Positions 1 through 12,391 of a DNA stretch of 64,000 nucleotides are shown one piece after another. The notes beneath the pieces are model-generated. The model saw only the letters and a list, made by a program, of their open reading frames with translations. It searched no databases and was not told the origin of the DNA. How positions within the stretch are numbered: position 1 is the first letter of the stretch; the number at the start of each line of letters is the position of its first letter. Source of the stretch: Octopus vulgaris (Eukaryota); contig OX597831.1 in NCBI GenBank assembly GCA_951406725.2, forward strand, positions 5,952,001 through 6,016,000. The letters run 5' to 3'. The translations under genes were made by a program, and so were the position numbers.

Positions 1-526
1 TCTACTATAGCCTCGGGCCAACCAAAGCCTTGTGAGTGGATTTGGTAGACGGAAACTGAAAGAAGCCCGTCGTATATATGTATATATGTATATGTGTGTG
101 TATGTGTTTGTGTGTCTGTGTTTGTACCCCCAACATTGCTTGACAACCGATGCTGGTGTGTCTACGTTCCCGTAACTTAGCGGTTCGGCAAAAGAGTCCG
201 ATAGAATAAGTACAAGGCTGACAAAGAATAAGTCCTGGGGTCGATTTGCTCGACTAAAGGCGGTGCTCCAGCATAGCCGCAGTCAAAATGACTGAAACAA
301 GTAACAGAGTAACAGAGTACAGAGTATATAAACACACATATAGACATTTGGTGTTAGGAAGGGCATCCAGTCATAGAAGCCATGCCAAATCAGATGAAAT
401 AAACGAGTGCCCCATTCAGGCCTATGTTCTTTTCTTTCTTATTATTGATGTGCTCTTTATATTATGTTATGTTACAGCCCTCCTCAGGATGCATAGGATA
501 TTATATGATCACACAATGGTGAGTGT

Positions 527-1162
527 TTAATCCTTTAGCATTTAATCCAGCCATATCCGGCCCAAATATTCTGCTGGCTATTTTATGCTAAAACTGGCCA
601 GATCCAATCTCTCACACCTACCCTACTATGTCATTCTAAAAATTTTACAAATACACCATTGAAATCTAGAAGCTCTGAGATACTCTTTACTCTTTCCTTG
701 TTTCAGTCATTTGACTGCGGCCATGCTGGAGCACCATCTTTAGTCAAGCAAATCGACCCCAGCACTTATTCTTTGTAAGCCTAGTACTTATTCTATTGGT
801 CTTTTTTGCCGAACCACTACGTTACAGGGACATAAACACACCAGCATCAGTTGTCAAGTGATGTTGGGGGAACAAACACAGACACACAAACATATACACA
901 CAGACATACATATATATACATATATACAACGGGCTTCTTTCAGTTTCCGTCCACCAAATCCACTCACAAGGCTTTGGTCGGCCCGAGGCTATAGTAGAAG
1001 ACACTTGCCCAAGGTGTCACACAGTGGGACTGAACCAGGAAACATGTGGTTCGTAAGCAAGCTACTTACCAAACAGCCACTCCTACGTCTATGATTAATT
1101 CAAAACAATGTGAATAATTAGGATTACATTTGACAAAAGAAATCAGAATGCTAAAGGGTTAA
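527..1162. mobile_element. TTAA-flanked MITE interrupted by a SINE
   Basis: Ends TTAATCCTTTAGCATT / AATGCTAAAGGGTTAA; related copy at 16377-16602. Confidence 0.6.
682..1089 (-). mobile_element. tRNA-derived SINE family A
   Basis: Pol III A/B boxes (TGGCTGTGTGG..GGTTCAGTCCC), central (TA/TG)n, (AGTAAAAG)n tail. About 15 copies in the window: 1-320, 5824-6218, 10368-10760, 12258-12600, 16720-17048, 17137-17516, 19345-19925, 27056-27460, 29295-29677, 36045-36580, 40043-40433, 40889-41281, 45776-46074, 57285-57660. Confidence 0.85.
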
Positions 1163-1329
1163 CGTGATTAACAACAATATGAGTTGAAACCTGAAGGGTA
1201 AAATCTTTGCATACTGAGCACAGCCATTCCTCTGTGTGTTTGCACATGTGTGTGTGTGTGTGTGTGTGTTTGTGGGTGTATGTGTGTGTGTGAGTGTATG
1301 CATGTGTGTGTGTGCATGTGTGTGTGTGC

Positions 1330-1367
<38 letters not shown>

Positions 1368-1732
1368 ATGTGTGTGTGTGTGCGTGTGTGTGTGTGTGTG
1401 TTTATGTGTGCGCTACTGTCTACTTGCTTTGATATTTTGTGATAGTTGTAAGCAAGTGTCAACCTCATTCAAACTGTCTTTCATTTCCAATCTTCTGGTT
1501 GGGGAGGTGGGAGGGGCGCTGATATTACCTTACCTGGAAACAGGTGAATGTTGTTGGTGACAGGAAGGGTACCTCAGCAAATTCCATCAGAAGCAATGAT
1601 ACAGAGAAATGGGGACATTAAACAATGACGATGGTGATGACGACGAAGAACTATCATCATGACCACCTCTATGTCAACTGACGACAAAACTTAAAACCCA
1701 GACAACAGAAAACAAGATGAGTTGATGCTTAC

Positions 1733-1846
1733 CTTTTTCACTCCAGGTATCTCTATCAGTGGAATAAGATCAAGAATGGTGCTGTATGACAGTTGCTGAA
1801 TGAATGGCTCAAATAAGGCACTGAGGCCCCAGAATTCTTTCATTTC
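1733..1846 (-). CDS. HELQ: HELQ exon 17 (start of HhH region)
   Basis: [23 protein letters not shown]|GTAAG donor. Confidence 0.92.
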
Positions 1847-4800
1847 CTGCAATATTTACAAAGATTCTTTCACAATATGTCAACAACACATTATTATCTA
1901 CATTATTTACATTTGATGGATATTTGTCCTCATCTTGTTTGTTGTTAACACAACGTTTCGGCTGTTATATCCTCCAGCCTTCTTCAGGTGTCTTGGGGAA
2001 ATTTCGAACCTGGGTTCTCATTCCTAGGGTATTTTTCGATGTTATTATTATTATTATCATTATTATTATTATTAGTGTTCAGGTCACTGCTTGGAATTGA
2101 ACTCGGAATCTTGGGGTTAGTAGCCCGCACTCTTAACCACTATGCCATATGTCAGGTTCAAAATTTCCCCAAGACACCTGATGAAGGCTGGAGGGTATAT
2201 AAGCCGAAACGTTGTGTTAATAACAAACAAGATGAGGACAAATATCCATGAAATGTACATAATTCCTCATCTCTTAAATACAGAACTACATTATTATCTG
2301 TTTTATAAATTACAAAATTCTAACTGATTAGCATTTTGATTACAACGTTAAATGTAATGCTTATTATTTCCATTGTTTTTAATTAATAATTCATTATCCC
2401 ATAGCTTTAAGATTTCAATGTTGTGATTACTTTTAGAATGATATCGTCCATGCCAGTGTCACATAAAAAGCACCCGCTACTCTCTCGGAGTGGTTGGCAT
2501 CAGGAAGGGCGTCCAGCCATAGAAACCATGCCAAACCAGATTGGAACCTGGTGCCACTCTCCAGCTTACCAGTTTCAGTCAAATTGCCCAACCCATGACA
2601 GCATGGAAAGCAGACGCTAAATGATGATGGTGATGGTGATGGTGGTGATGATGGTGGTGGTGGTGGTGGTGGTGGTGGTAGCGGTGGTGGTGGTGATGAT
2701 GATGATGATTGTAGGGTAGCAAAGTTAGATCTGGCCAGTTTGAACATAAGACAGGAAAGATATTTTGACCAGTTGTGGTCAGTTTACATACTGCTAAAGT
2801 GTAAAACCAGTGGTTCTCAATTGGGGTGTCCATATGATCCCTAAATTACTACTGTGGATCCCCATCATTGTCGTTTAATGTCCGCTTTCCATGCTGGCAT
2901 GGGTTGGACAGTTTGACTGAGGGCTGGCAAGCTAGAAGGCACCGCCAGGCTCCAATCGAATCTGGCAGAGTTTCTACAGCTGGATGGTCTTCCTAACGCC
3001 AACCACTCCCACTACACTCATGGAGTGTTTGGTGTTAGGAAGGCCATCCAGCCGTAGAAACTCTGCCAGATTCGATTGGAGCCTGGCGGTGCCTTCTAGC
3101 TTGCCAGCCCTCAGTCAAACCGTCCAACCCATGCCAGTATGGAAAGCAGACATTAAACGATGTTGGGGATCCACAGTAGTAATTTAGGGGTCCATGAAAA
3201 AATGTTACTTTGGATGTATTTATAGCAAGAAACAACAAGGGTTTCTTTCTCTGACTTTTTACAGGGTTCAACTTATTTCGGGTGTTAAACAAAATAGGAA
3301 TTTTGAAAGAAGAATCTATAAAACTAGTTTTTAAAGATCAAATGGCTTTAGGGGTCCAACAGAATAGAATAGAAATCAAAGGGGTCCATAGATAAAAAAA
3401 ATTGGTTGAGAACCCCTGGGTTAAACGAAAAAAAAAACTAACTTGAAACTTACATTTATGTTTGGTTTTATGTAATTTCAGTGAATCTACATTTTTCACA
3501 TTAACAATTAGTTTTATCATTTATGTTATGGACCTGATTTCTTGAGGATTTTAAAAGATGGTAGGTAACCAAACTTGGAATTTAAATCAAGATAATACCA
3601 ATAGAAGCAATGAAGCAGATATATTATAAAATTTAAAGGCAGCTTCGGGTTTCACAGTTTGTGCAAGAACCACCATGCATATAGAGAAAAAAATGCTCTC
3701 CAAATTTCTAATATTTAAACTTTCATACATACTGTTGATATTTTGGCATTAGGAAGGGCATCCAGCCACAGAAAACCATGCCAATTCAAACTGGAGTCTG
3801 GTGCAGCATCCCAGCCCAGGCAAACTGTTCAACCAATCCCAACATGGACTACAAATGTTAAATGACAATGATGATGATGATGATGATACCAGCATGAAAG
3901 GTGGATGTTAAACAATGATGAAGATGATGATGATGATGTGCAAGAATTCAAAGGAACATTGTTTACGCATATGTAACCTGCACAAACCTTGCAGAAGTAA
4001 GAAATGCATGTAGCAAAACTCGAAGCACTGCTGACCAGATTCTGCACAAAACCTCTTGGCACTTGGAAGATTTCAGCCACTTCCCAGATGGTCTTCTGTT
4101 TCCACACTTCAAACAGCATCAGGGTTAGATAAAATCTGTTCACAGCAAATTCATCAACAGACTACAAGATAAACAACAGAGAAAAAGAAAAATTGTGGCA
4201 ACGAGTCATACAGTCTTCAGATGCTGAAATTTTGAAAGATATTATTTACATTATTTACATTCGACGGATATTTGTCCTCATCTTGTTTGTTGTTAAAACG
4301 TTTCGGCTGATATACCCTCCAGTCTTCATCAGGTGTCTTGAGGAAATTTCAAATCTGGGTTCTCATTCCTAAGGTATTTTTTGATGTTATTATTATTATT
4401 ATCATTCAGGTCACTGCCTGGAATCGGATTCAGAATCTTGGGATTAGTAGCCTGCACTCTTAACCACTATGCCATGTGCCCATGTAATGTTCTCTTTCTC
4501 ACACACACACTACAATGCTTACAGAAGGGCTACTGAATTGTAATCTCTATGTTGCTTGAGGGGAAGGTAAAACTTGACAAACTGCTTCTCCCTCTGTTGT
4601 TGGACTACAGTGATGTTTGTTTAAAAGAGAGAGATTATGACTGTGATAAAATAATGAAAGCAATATTTACTAAGCAAGTGAGCACTATTATACAAAGAAA
4701 TAGACATAAAATATAATTGGGAATCAAATGTGAAAATATTATCAAGAGACTAGCAGAAAACAGCCTGGAGGGCAGTCTTTCTGCTATTTCAATGAATAAT

Positions 4801-5163
4801 TTTTTTACATTAGAATAAACTGTGGGTTTTACAAATAGCAAATTAAAACTTGAAATTAAAACATTGAAATGAATATCTATTAAGTAATTATTAGTGAAAA
4901 TAGAGGCAAGAGAGAGTGAGAGACTTGTAAATGAATAATATTGTTTATTAAACATTAAAATCTACTCTGCAGTGAATGCAATGAATATTTAAATTTGTGA
5001 AAAACTTGTAGTCCAAATATTCAGTAAACTTCAGAAATCAAATTTACCCGGAATTTCTTGGAACATGAATTTATAAAATATTTCCAGACAGTCAAGTCTT
5101 TCATAATTGCTTTCTGTTAGTAACTATAACATACCAAATTAATAAGCATCTTTCTCCACTATA

Positions 5164-5224
<61 letters not shown>

Positions 5225-7983
5225 TATACACTCTCCCAAAATTGTGGAGGCACATGGCCTAGTGGTTAGAGCAGCGGACTTGCAGTCAAGGGATCGCGGG
5301 TTCGAATCTCAGACCGGGCGAAGTGTGTGTTTATGAGCGAAACACCTAAACTCCACACAGTTCCGGCAGAAGGTAATGGCGAACTTCTGCTGACTCGTTG
5401 GCCAAAACTTTCTCCCACTCTTTCCTCCTGCATCTTACAGCTCACCTACAATGGACCGGCATCCCGTCCAGGTGGGGAACCTATACGCCAAGGAAACCGG
5501 GAAACTGGCCCTTATGAGCCAGGCATGGTTCGAGAAGGAACAAACAAACTCTCCCAAAATTGCTGGCTCTGCGCCAAAATTTGAAACCTGTATTAAAATA
5601 CTTTTTTAACAGTTCTTACCTGTTTCACCACTTGACCAGAAGCTTTCCGAGCTACATAGTTCACGGTGACCCCCATGTGATTGGCAACAGAGAGTTCGTC
5701 TGATTTTAGGCTACTCAGCTGGAAATATATACATACAACAGACAGTCATACATTAATACACATATATATACTGTTAAAACTGAGATGTGAATAAACAATT
5801 TCTTAGCAAATTCTTTTGGTCATTACTCTTTACTCTTTTACTTGTTTCAGTCATTTGACTGCGGCCATGCTGGAGCACCGCCTTTAGTCGAGCAAATCGA
5901 CCCCGGGACTTATTTTTGTAAGCCCAGTACTTATTCTATCGGTCTCTTTTGCCGAACCGCTAAGTGACAGGGACGTAAACACACCAGCATCGGTTGTTTA
6001 GCAATGCTAGGGGACAAACACACACATAAATATATATATATATATACATATATATGACAGGCTTCTTTCAGTTTCCGTCTACCAAATCCACTCACAAGGC
6101 ATTGGTCGACCTGGGGCTATAGCAGAAGACACTTGCCCAAGATGTCACGCAGTGGGACTGAACCCGGAACCATGTGGTTGGTTAGCAAGCTACTTACCAC
6201 ACAGCCACTCCTGCGCCTCATTGAGCAGTTTTATAAATTCATTTTTTTTATCAAGAGATGTCTGTGGAATTGCCAACAAAATTCAATTGATATCATCACC
6301 ATCATCGTCATTTAATGCCCTCTTCCCATGCCGTCTTGGGTTGGTCAGTTTGACAAGAGCTAGCGAGCCAGAGGGGAGTGCCAAGTCCCACTCTCCGCTT
6401 TGACATGGTTTTCTCAGCTGGATACTCTTCCTAACACCAACCACTTTCCAGAGTGTGTTGGATGCTTTGTTTACATGGCACCAGGACGAATGCGGTCACA
6501 AAGTAACCCACAATACTACTCCTTCCCGACTCAACTGACATGGGGAATAGTCCTGATGGAGGTGGCTTTGTGCCAGGTGATGAGCGGTTAATGCATGATA
6601 GGGGGACAAAAAGAGGTGCCTTGCTGCTTCACTTGGAAAAGAGGGGGAGAGAGAGAGAGGGGAACAGGGACAGACAGATAGACCAACAGATACAGAGAAA
6701 AGATGGTGGTGAAGATGTGTCAGTGATGCTCTCAAGGTATGGAAAAAAGGTTAAGGTTACCAGGGTCGCCTTACTGGCACATGTGCCAGTGGCACGTAAA
6801 AAATAACATTTGAGTGTGGTCGTTACCAGTGCCGCTGGACTGGCTCCCATGCAGGTAGTACGTGAAAACACCTTTGAGTGTGGTCGTTACCAGTGCCGCT
6901 GGACTGGCTCCCATGCAGGTAGCACGTGAAAACACCTTTGAGTGTGGTCGTTACCAGTGCCGCTGGACTGGCTCCCATGCAGGTAGCATGTGAAAACACC
7001 TTTGAGTGTGGTCGTTACCAGTGCCGCTGGACTGGCTCCCATGCAGGTAGTACGTGAAAACACCTTTGAGTGTGGTCGTTACCAGTGCCGCTGGACTGGC
7101 TCCCATGCAGGTAGCATGTGAAAACACCTTTGAGTGTGGTCGTTACCAGTGCCGCTGGACTGGCTCCCATGCAGGTAGCATGTGAAAACACCTTTGAGTG
7201 TGGTCGTTACCAGTGCCGCTGGACTGGCTCCCATGCAGGTAGTACGTGAAAACACCTTTGCGTGTGGTCGTTGCCAGGACCGCCTGACTGGCTGGCCCTC
7301 ATGCCGGTGGCACGTAAAAGCACCCACTACACTCTCAGAGTGGTTGGTATTAGGAAGGGCATCCAGCTGTAGAAACACTGCCAGATCAGATTGGAGCCTG
7401 GTGCAGCCTTCTGGCTCACCAGTCCTCGGTCAAACCGTCTAACAAAGAGACAGATGCAGGGGTCTTTCAACAACAGAGGGAGCATTAAAGGAAGAGATCC
7501 AATACCATATAATGAAAGGTTAGAGTGTAAAAGAGAAATAGAGAGGCAGAAATAGGTGTCTTGCTATAGAGGGGGTACATGGAGAGAGAGAGAGAGAGAG
7601 ATAGAGAGAGAGAGTGGTACAGGAATGAGGCCAGAAACATGTATAAGTATAATGAAAATATACGAAGTCAGAAACTAAAGAACATGAGCCCAACTAATTA
7701 GCCATACCTGTTTGAAATAAATTATCCAAGAAGGTGTTATTGTAGAGACAATGTCATAGGGTGTCGTAAGGGCCAGCATGTGTAAATAGTTGGACACAAT
7801 CAGCATCTCAGTGGACTTCTTTAAATCATTATACAGCTTGTTACTGATATCAATATCAATGGACCCTGAAATAGAAAGGTTACACAATGTACATGCATTT
7901 AAGGAGAGTAGTGTGAAGCAGGAATAATACTACAATTACACCTACTATTGTACAGGTAACGAGAAAAAGTAAATGAGGCCAAT

Positions 7984-8017
<34 letters not shown>

Positions 8018-11000
8018 TTATATATAAAAGAAAGGTTGTGTGTCTGTCTACTCCGATTTAGATTCCTAACTACTCCCACATTTTGCGGTGCAGTTTAACC
8101 AAAACCGGGTATCTTATAGTCGTGATTCATATCGAGCCCTTCTGGGTATAAGCGCACGTCTACGATGAGTCTACGATTTTAAAAATAATTTACGATCATT
8201 TTTTTCCATTTTAATGCATATTTTTTAAATATAAGGGAAGTAACTCTCTAAAAATGTCTACGATGAGTCAACGATTTAAAAAAATATTTACCATAATTTT
8301 TTTTCCATTTTTAATGCATTTTTTGCTATTTTTTGTCTATAACTCTCTAAAAATGCTTTATAGCTATTTCCCTTACAAACCCGAGCAACGCCGGGCGATA
8401 CTGCTAGTACATATATATATATACATATATATATAGTTGAAAAAAGATTAGAGATCTATAGGAATCAAATTTTTATGTATAAAAGATGGAAATGGAAATA
8501 GCAGAGAAGTTTAAAAAATTTCAATTTAGGAGGGAATTCAATAACAAGGATTTAAAAATGCTATTTCAACCTCCATCTTTTATGTGTGTGTGTGTGTGTT
8601 TGTCCCCCCCCCCCATCACTGCTTGACAATCAATGTTGGTACCGTCCACTACCTGTCATTTGCATCTCTTCTCCATTACTGTAAGGCTTTGCTTCCTGAT
8701 TGTGCTCCAGTCTGTGCAATCCGATCCTCCTATCCATTAGACTTGGAGGTCTGACTGCAGTGGTTCTGTGGGCTAAAGACCGTTGCAGTGACCAACAAGT
8801 TGTTGGTTTTACATTGGAGTGGCCATCTCCAAGGTAGAATACCTCACACGCCTGGAGAGCTCTAGCTGGTGTTGTTGGAAGGGTGCCAAAGAGGGTGCTG
8901 GACCACCTTAGAAACTCCACCCCGTGATCTGCAGCTGAAGGTGACTCCCTCAGCCTTTTTCCTTTCTCAAGGCACTCACAAACCAAATAGGATTTATGCC
9001 CAGAGTTTCTTCCATAACATGCTAATTTACCCACAGCCAGGACTGGACAAATGTAACTACTCCAGGTCAGTGAAGACCTGGAAACGACAGTGGCCAAGAG
9101 ATGGTTCCAAACTCCTCAAAACCTTGGAACTCCTGAATCAGGGACCGCTACAGGATGCAGTTTAAAGTTAAACAAAGGACAAATATTGAAAATTAAATCA
9201 GCATTAACCTACCTTTATATACTGCCCTTCCTAAATCACTGATATCCAAATTAAAATTAGCAGAACTAGAACTGTTTTCTGCTTTATCATCAGCATTTTC
9301 TACAGGTGAAGCAGTATTTCGTTTCTGTTTAACAAGGCCCAAGTCCAGCAGGGACTGAAGGCAGTTTTTCGTTTGTTCATTGATATCACATTCCAGTTCT
9401 TTACTCTGGACACTCAACAAGCTATTAGAGATTATCACAAAGAGACTTGAAACATCTGTAGCAATCTGTGAAGAGAATCAAAAAAATTCTTCGATATTTT
9501 TATATAAAACTTCCACAAATAGTGTCATACATTTAAATTGATCATCATCACATCATCATCATCATCATCATCGTTTAACGTCAGTTCTCCATGCTAGCAT
9601 GGGTTGGACGGTTCAACCGGGGATCTGGGAAGCCAGAAGGCTGCACCAGGCTCCAGTCTTATCTGGCAATGTTTCTACAGCTGGATGCCCTTCCTAACGC
9701 CAACCACTCCGTGAGTGTAGTGGGTGCTTTTTACGTGCCACCTGCACAGGTGCCAGGCGAGGCTGGCAACGGCCACGGTCGGATTGGTGTATTTTATGTG
9801 CCACCGGCACGGAAGCCAGTCGAGGCGGTGCTAGCATCGGCCACGAGTCGGATAGTGCTTTTTACGTACCACCAGACCAGGGATCCTGGCTGGTTCAATT
9901 CAATTTCGATTTCGCTTGCCCCAACATGTCTTCGCAAGCAAAGGGGGTTGGGATGGGTGCCTGTCGTACGGTCAGATTGGTGTATTTTACGTGCCACCAG
10001 CACGGAAGCCAGTGGAGGCGGCGCTGGCATCGGCCACGAGTCGGATGGTGCTTTTTACGTACCACCAGACCAGGGATCCTGGCTGGTTCAATTCGATTTC
10101 GATTTCACTTTCGCTTGCCCCAACATGTATTTTAAAAACATCGAATGACTACTAGGGTTCAGCTGAATAAAATAGGATTCAAGGGTCCATAGTTAAAAGA
10201 ATTGGTTGAGAACTGTTGTTCTAATTCCACTGTTAATATTTTACTGTGAAACAGTATTCTATTTTCCCTTTTACAGGCGTACCTTAACTTAGCAACTTCG
10301 GTTGTTTTGAGTTATATCTTTTTTGACTTTCTGTCATTTTTCTAATGAAATTAATGGAAAAAAATAAAGGAGTGGCTGTGTGGTAAGTAGCTTGCTTACC
10401 AACCACATGGTTCCGGGTTCAGTCCCACTGCATGGCACCTTGGGCAAGTGTCTTCTACTATAGCCCCTGACTGACCAAAGCCTTGTGAGTGGATTTGGTA
10501 GACGGAAACTGAAAGAAGCCCGTCATATATATATATATATGTGTGTGTGTGTATATGTTTGTGTGTCTGTGTTTATCCCCCCCAACATCACTTGACAACC
10601 GATGCTGGTGTGTTTACATCCCCGTAACTTAGCAGTTCAGCAAAAGAGACCGATAGAATAAGTACTAGGCTTCCAAAGAATAAGTCCTGGGGTCAATTTG
10701 CTTGACTAAAGGCGATGCCTCAGCATTGCCGCAGTCAAATGACTGAAACAAGTAAAAGAAACGATAACAAAAAAGACTAAATTTTCAAAAAGCTTTCTAC
10801 ATATTATGTTGTTTCTCAAGTAAAGTTCCATGTTTCGGAATCATTTACCTGTGTAAGCTGAGGTATGCCTGTCCTGCTTTTCGTTCAAAGAGTGAAAGAT
10901 TTTGTTTTCCAGTCAGTTGACAGGTTGTCGTCATCATCATCATCATCATCATTGTTTAACATCCATTTTCCATGCTAGCATGGGTTGGACAGTTTGACTG

Positions 11001-12360
11001 GGGACTGGCAAGCCGGAAGGCTGTACCAGGCTCCAATCTGATCTGGCAATGTTTCTACAGCTGGATGCCCTTCTTAATGTCAACCACTCCAAGAGTGTAG
11101 TAGGTTCTTTTTACATGTCACTGGCACAGGAGCCAGTCAGGCGGCACAGAAGCCAGTCAGGCGGCACAGGAGCCAGTCAGGCGGCACAGGAACCAGTCAG
11201 GCGGCACAGGAGCCAGTCAGACGGCACTGGCATCTGTCACATTCAGATGGTGATTTTTACATGTCACTGGCACAGGAGCCAGTCAGGCGGCACAGAAGCC
11301 AGTCAGGCGGCGCAGGAGCCAGTCAGGCGGCACAGGAACCAGTCAGGCGGCACAGGAGCCAGTCAGACGGCACTGGCATCTGTCATATTCAGATGGTGAT
11401 TTTTACATGTCACTGGCACAGAAGCCAGTTGGAGCAGGGTGGCTGGTATCAACCATGTTCAGATAGTGCTTTTTACATGCCACTGGCATGGGGAGCCAGT
11501 CAGGTGTCACTGGCAACAGCCCACACATGAATGGTGCTCGTTGTGTGCCACCAGCACAAGAGCCAGTCAGGTGGCACTGGCATCAGCCACAACTACAATT
11601 TCCATTTTAAAAAGCGCTATCCGAATCGTGGCCGATGCCAGCCCCGCCTTGACTGGCTTCCGTGCCGGTGGCACGTAAAAAGCACCATCCGAATCGTGGA
11701 TGATGCCAGTGCCGCCTCGACTGGCTTCCGTGCCGGTGACACGTAAAATGCACCAATCCGATCATGACCGTTGCCAGCCTCCACTGGCACGTAAAAAGCA
11801 CCCACTACACTCACGGAGTGGTTGGCGTTAGGAAGGGCATCCAGCTGTAGAAACACTGCCAGATCAGACTGGAGCCTGGTGCAGCCTTCTGGCTTCCCAG
11901 ATCCCCGGTCGAACCGTCCAACCCATGCTAGCATGGAGAACGGACGTTAAACGATGATGATGATGATGATGATTGTGATTTTAATTTTTGATTTTACTTG
12001 ACTCAATTAGAATAAACCAACGGAATGGCAAATCTTTAGCTGAAAGCTTATGGTGGAATCGTGATTACCTGAAGACCAACAAGAGACAGGATTAGCAATC
12101 GAATCCCTTTGCCATCATCAAATGCCAAACTGCTGTGGCAACTTTCCATTGGCTTACTGATCAGATCTTTAACCTGAAGGAAGACAAAATGGAAAAAGTA
12201 AAAAAAAAACAACAAAAAAAAAACATTATAGACTTAATAAATGAATTTCATCATCATCGTGGCATCTTGGGCAAGTGTCTTCTGCTATAGCCCCGGGCTG
12301 ACCAATGCCTTGTGAGTGGATTTGGTAGACGGAAACTGAAAGAAGCCTGTCGTATATATG

Positions 12361-12391
<31 letters not shown>

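Noticed and set aside
6812-7259. CRISPR-like array
   Set aside because: Contiguous tandem units with no unique spacers, no cas genes, eukaryotic intron.
8630-9165. 155-aa and 98-aa ORFs in a HELQ intron
   Set aside because: No recognisable motif and not needed for the HELQ frame; probably a decayed TE fragment that I cannot classify.
9591-10148. Recurrent ORFs with [13 protein letters not shown]
   Set aside because: Chance frames in the multicopy family C retroposon.
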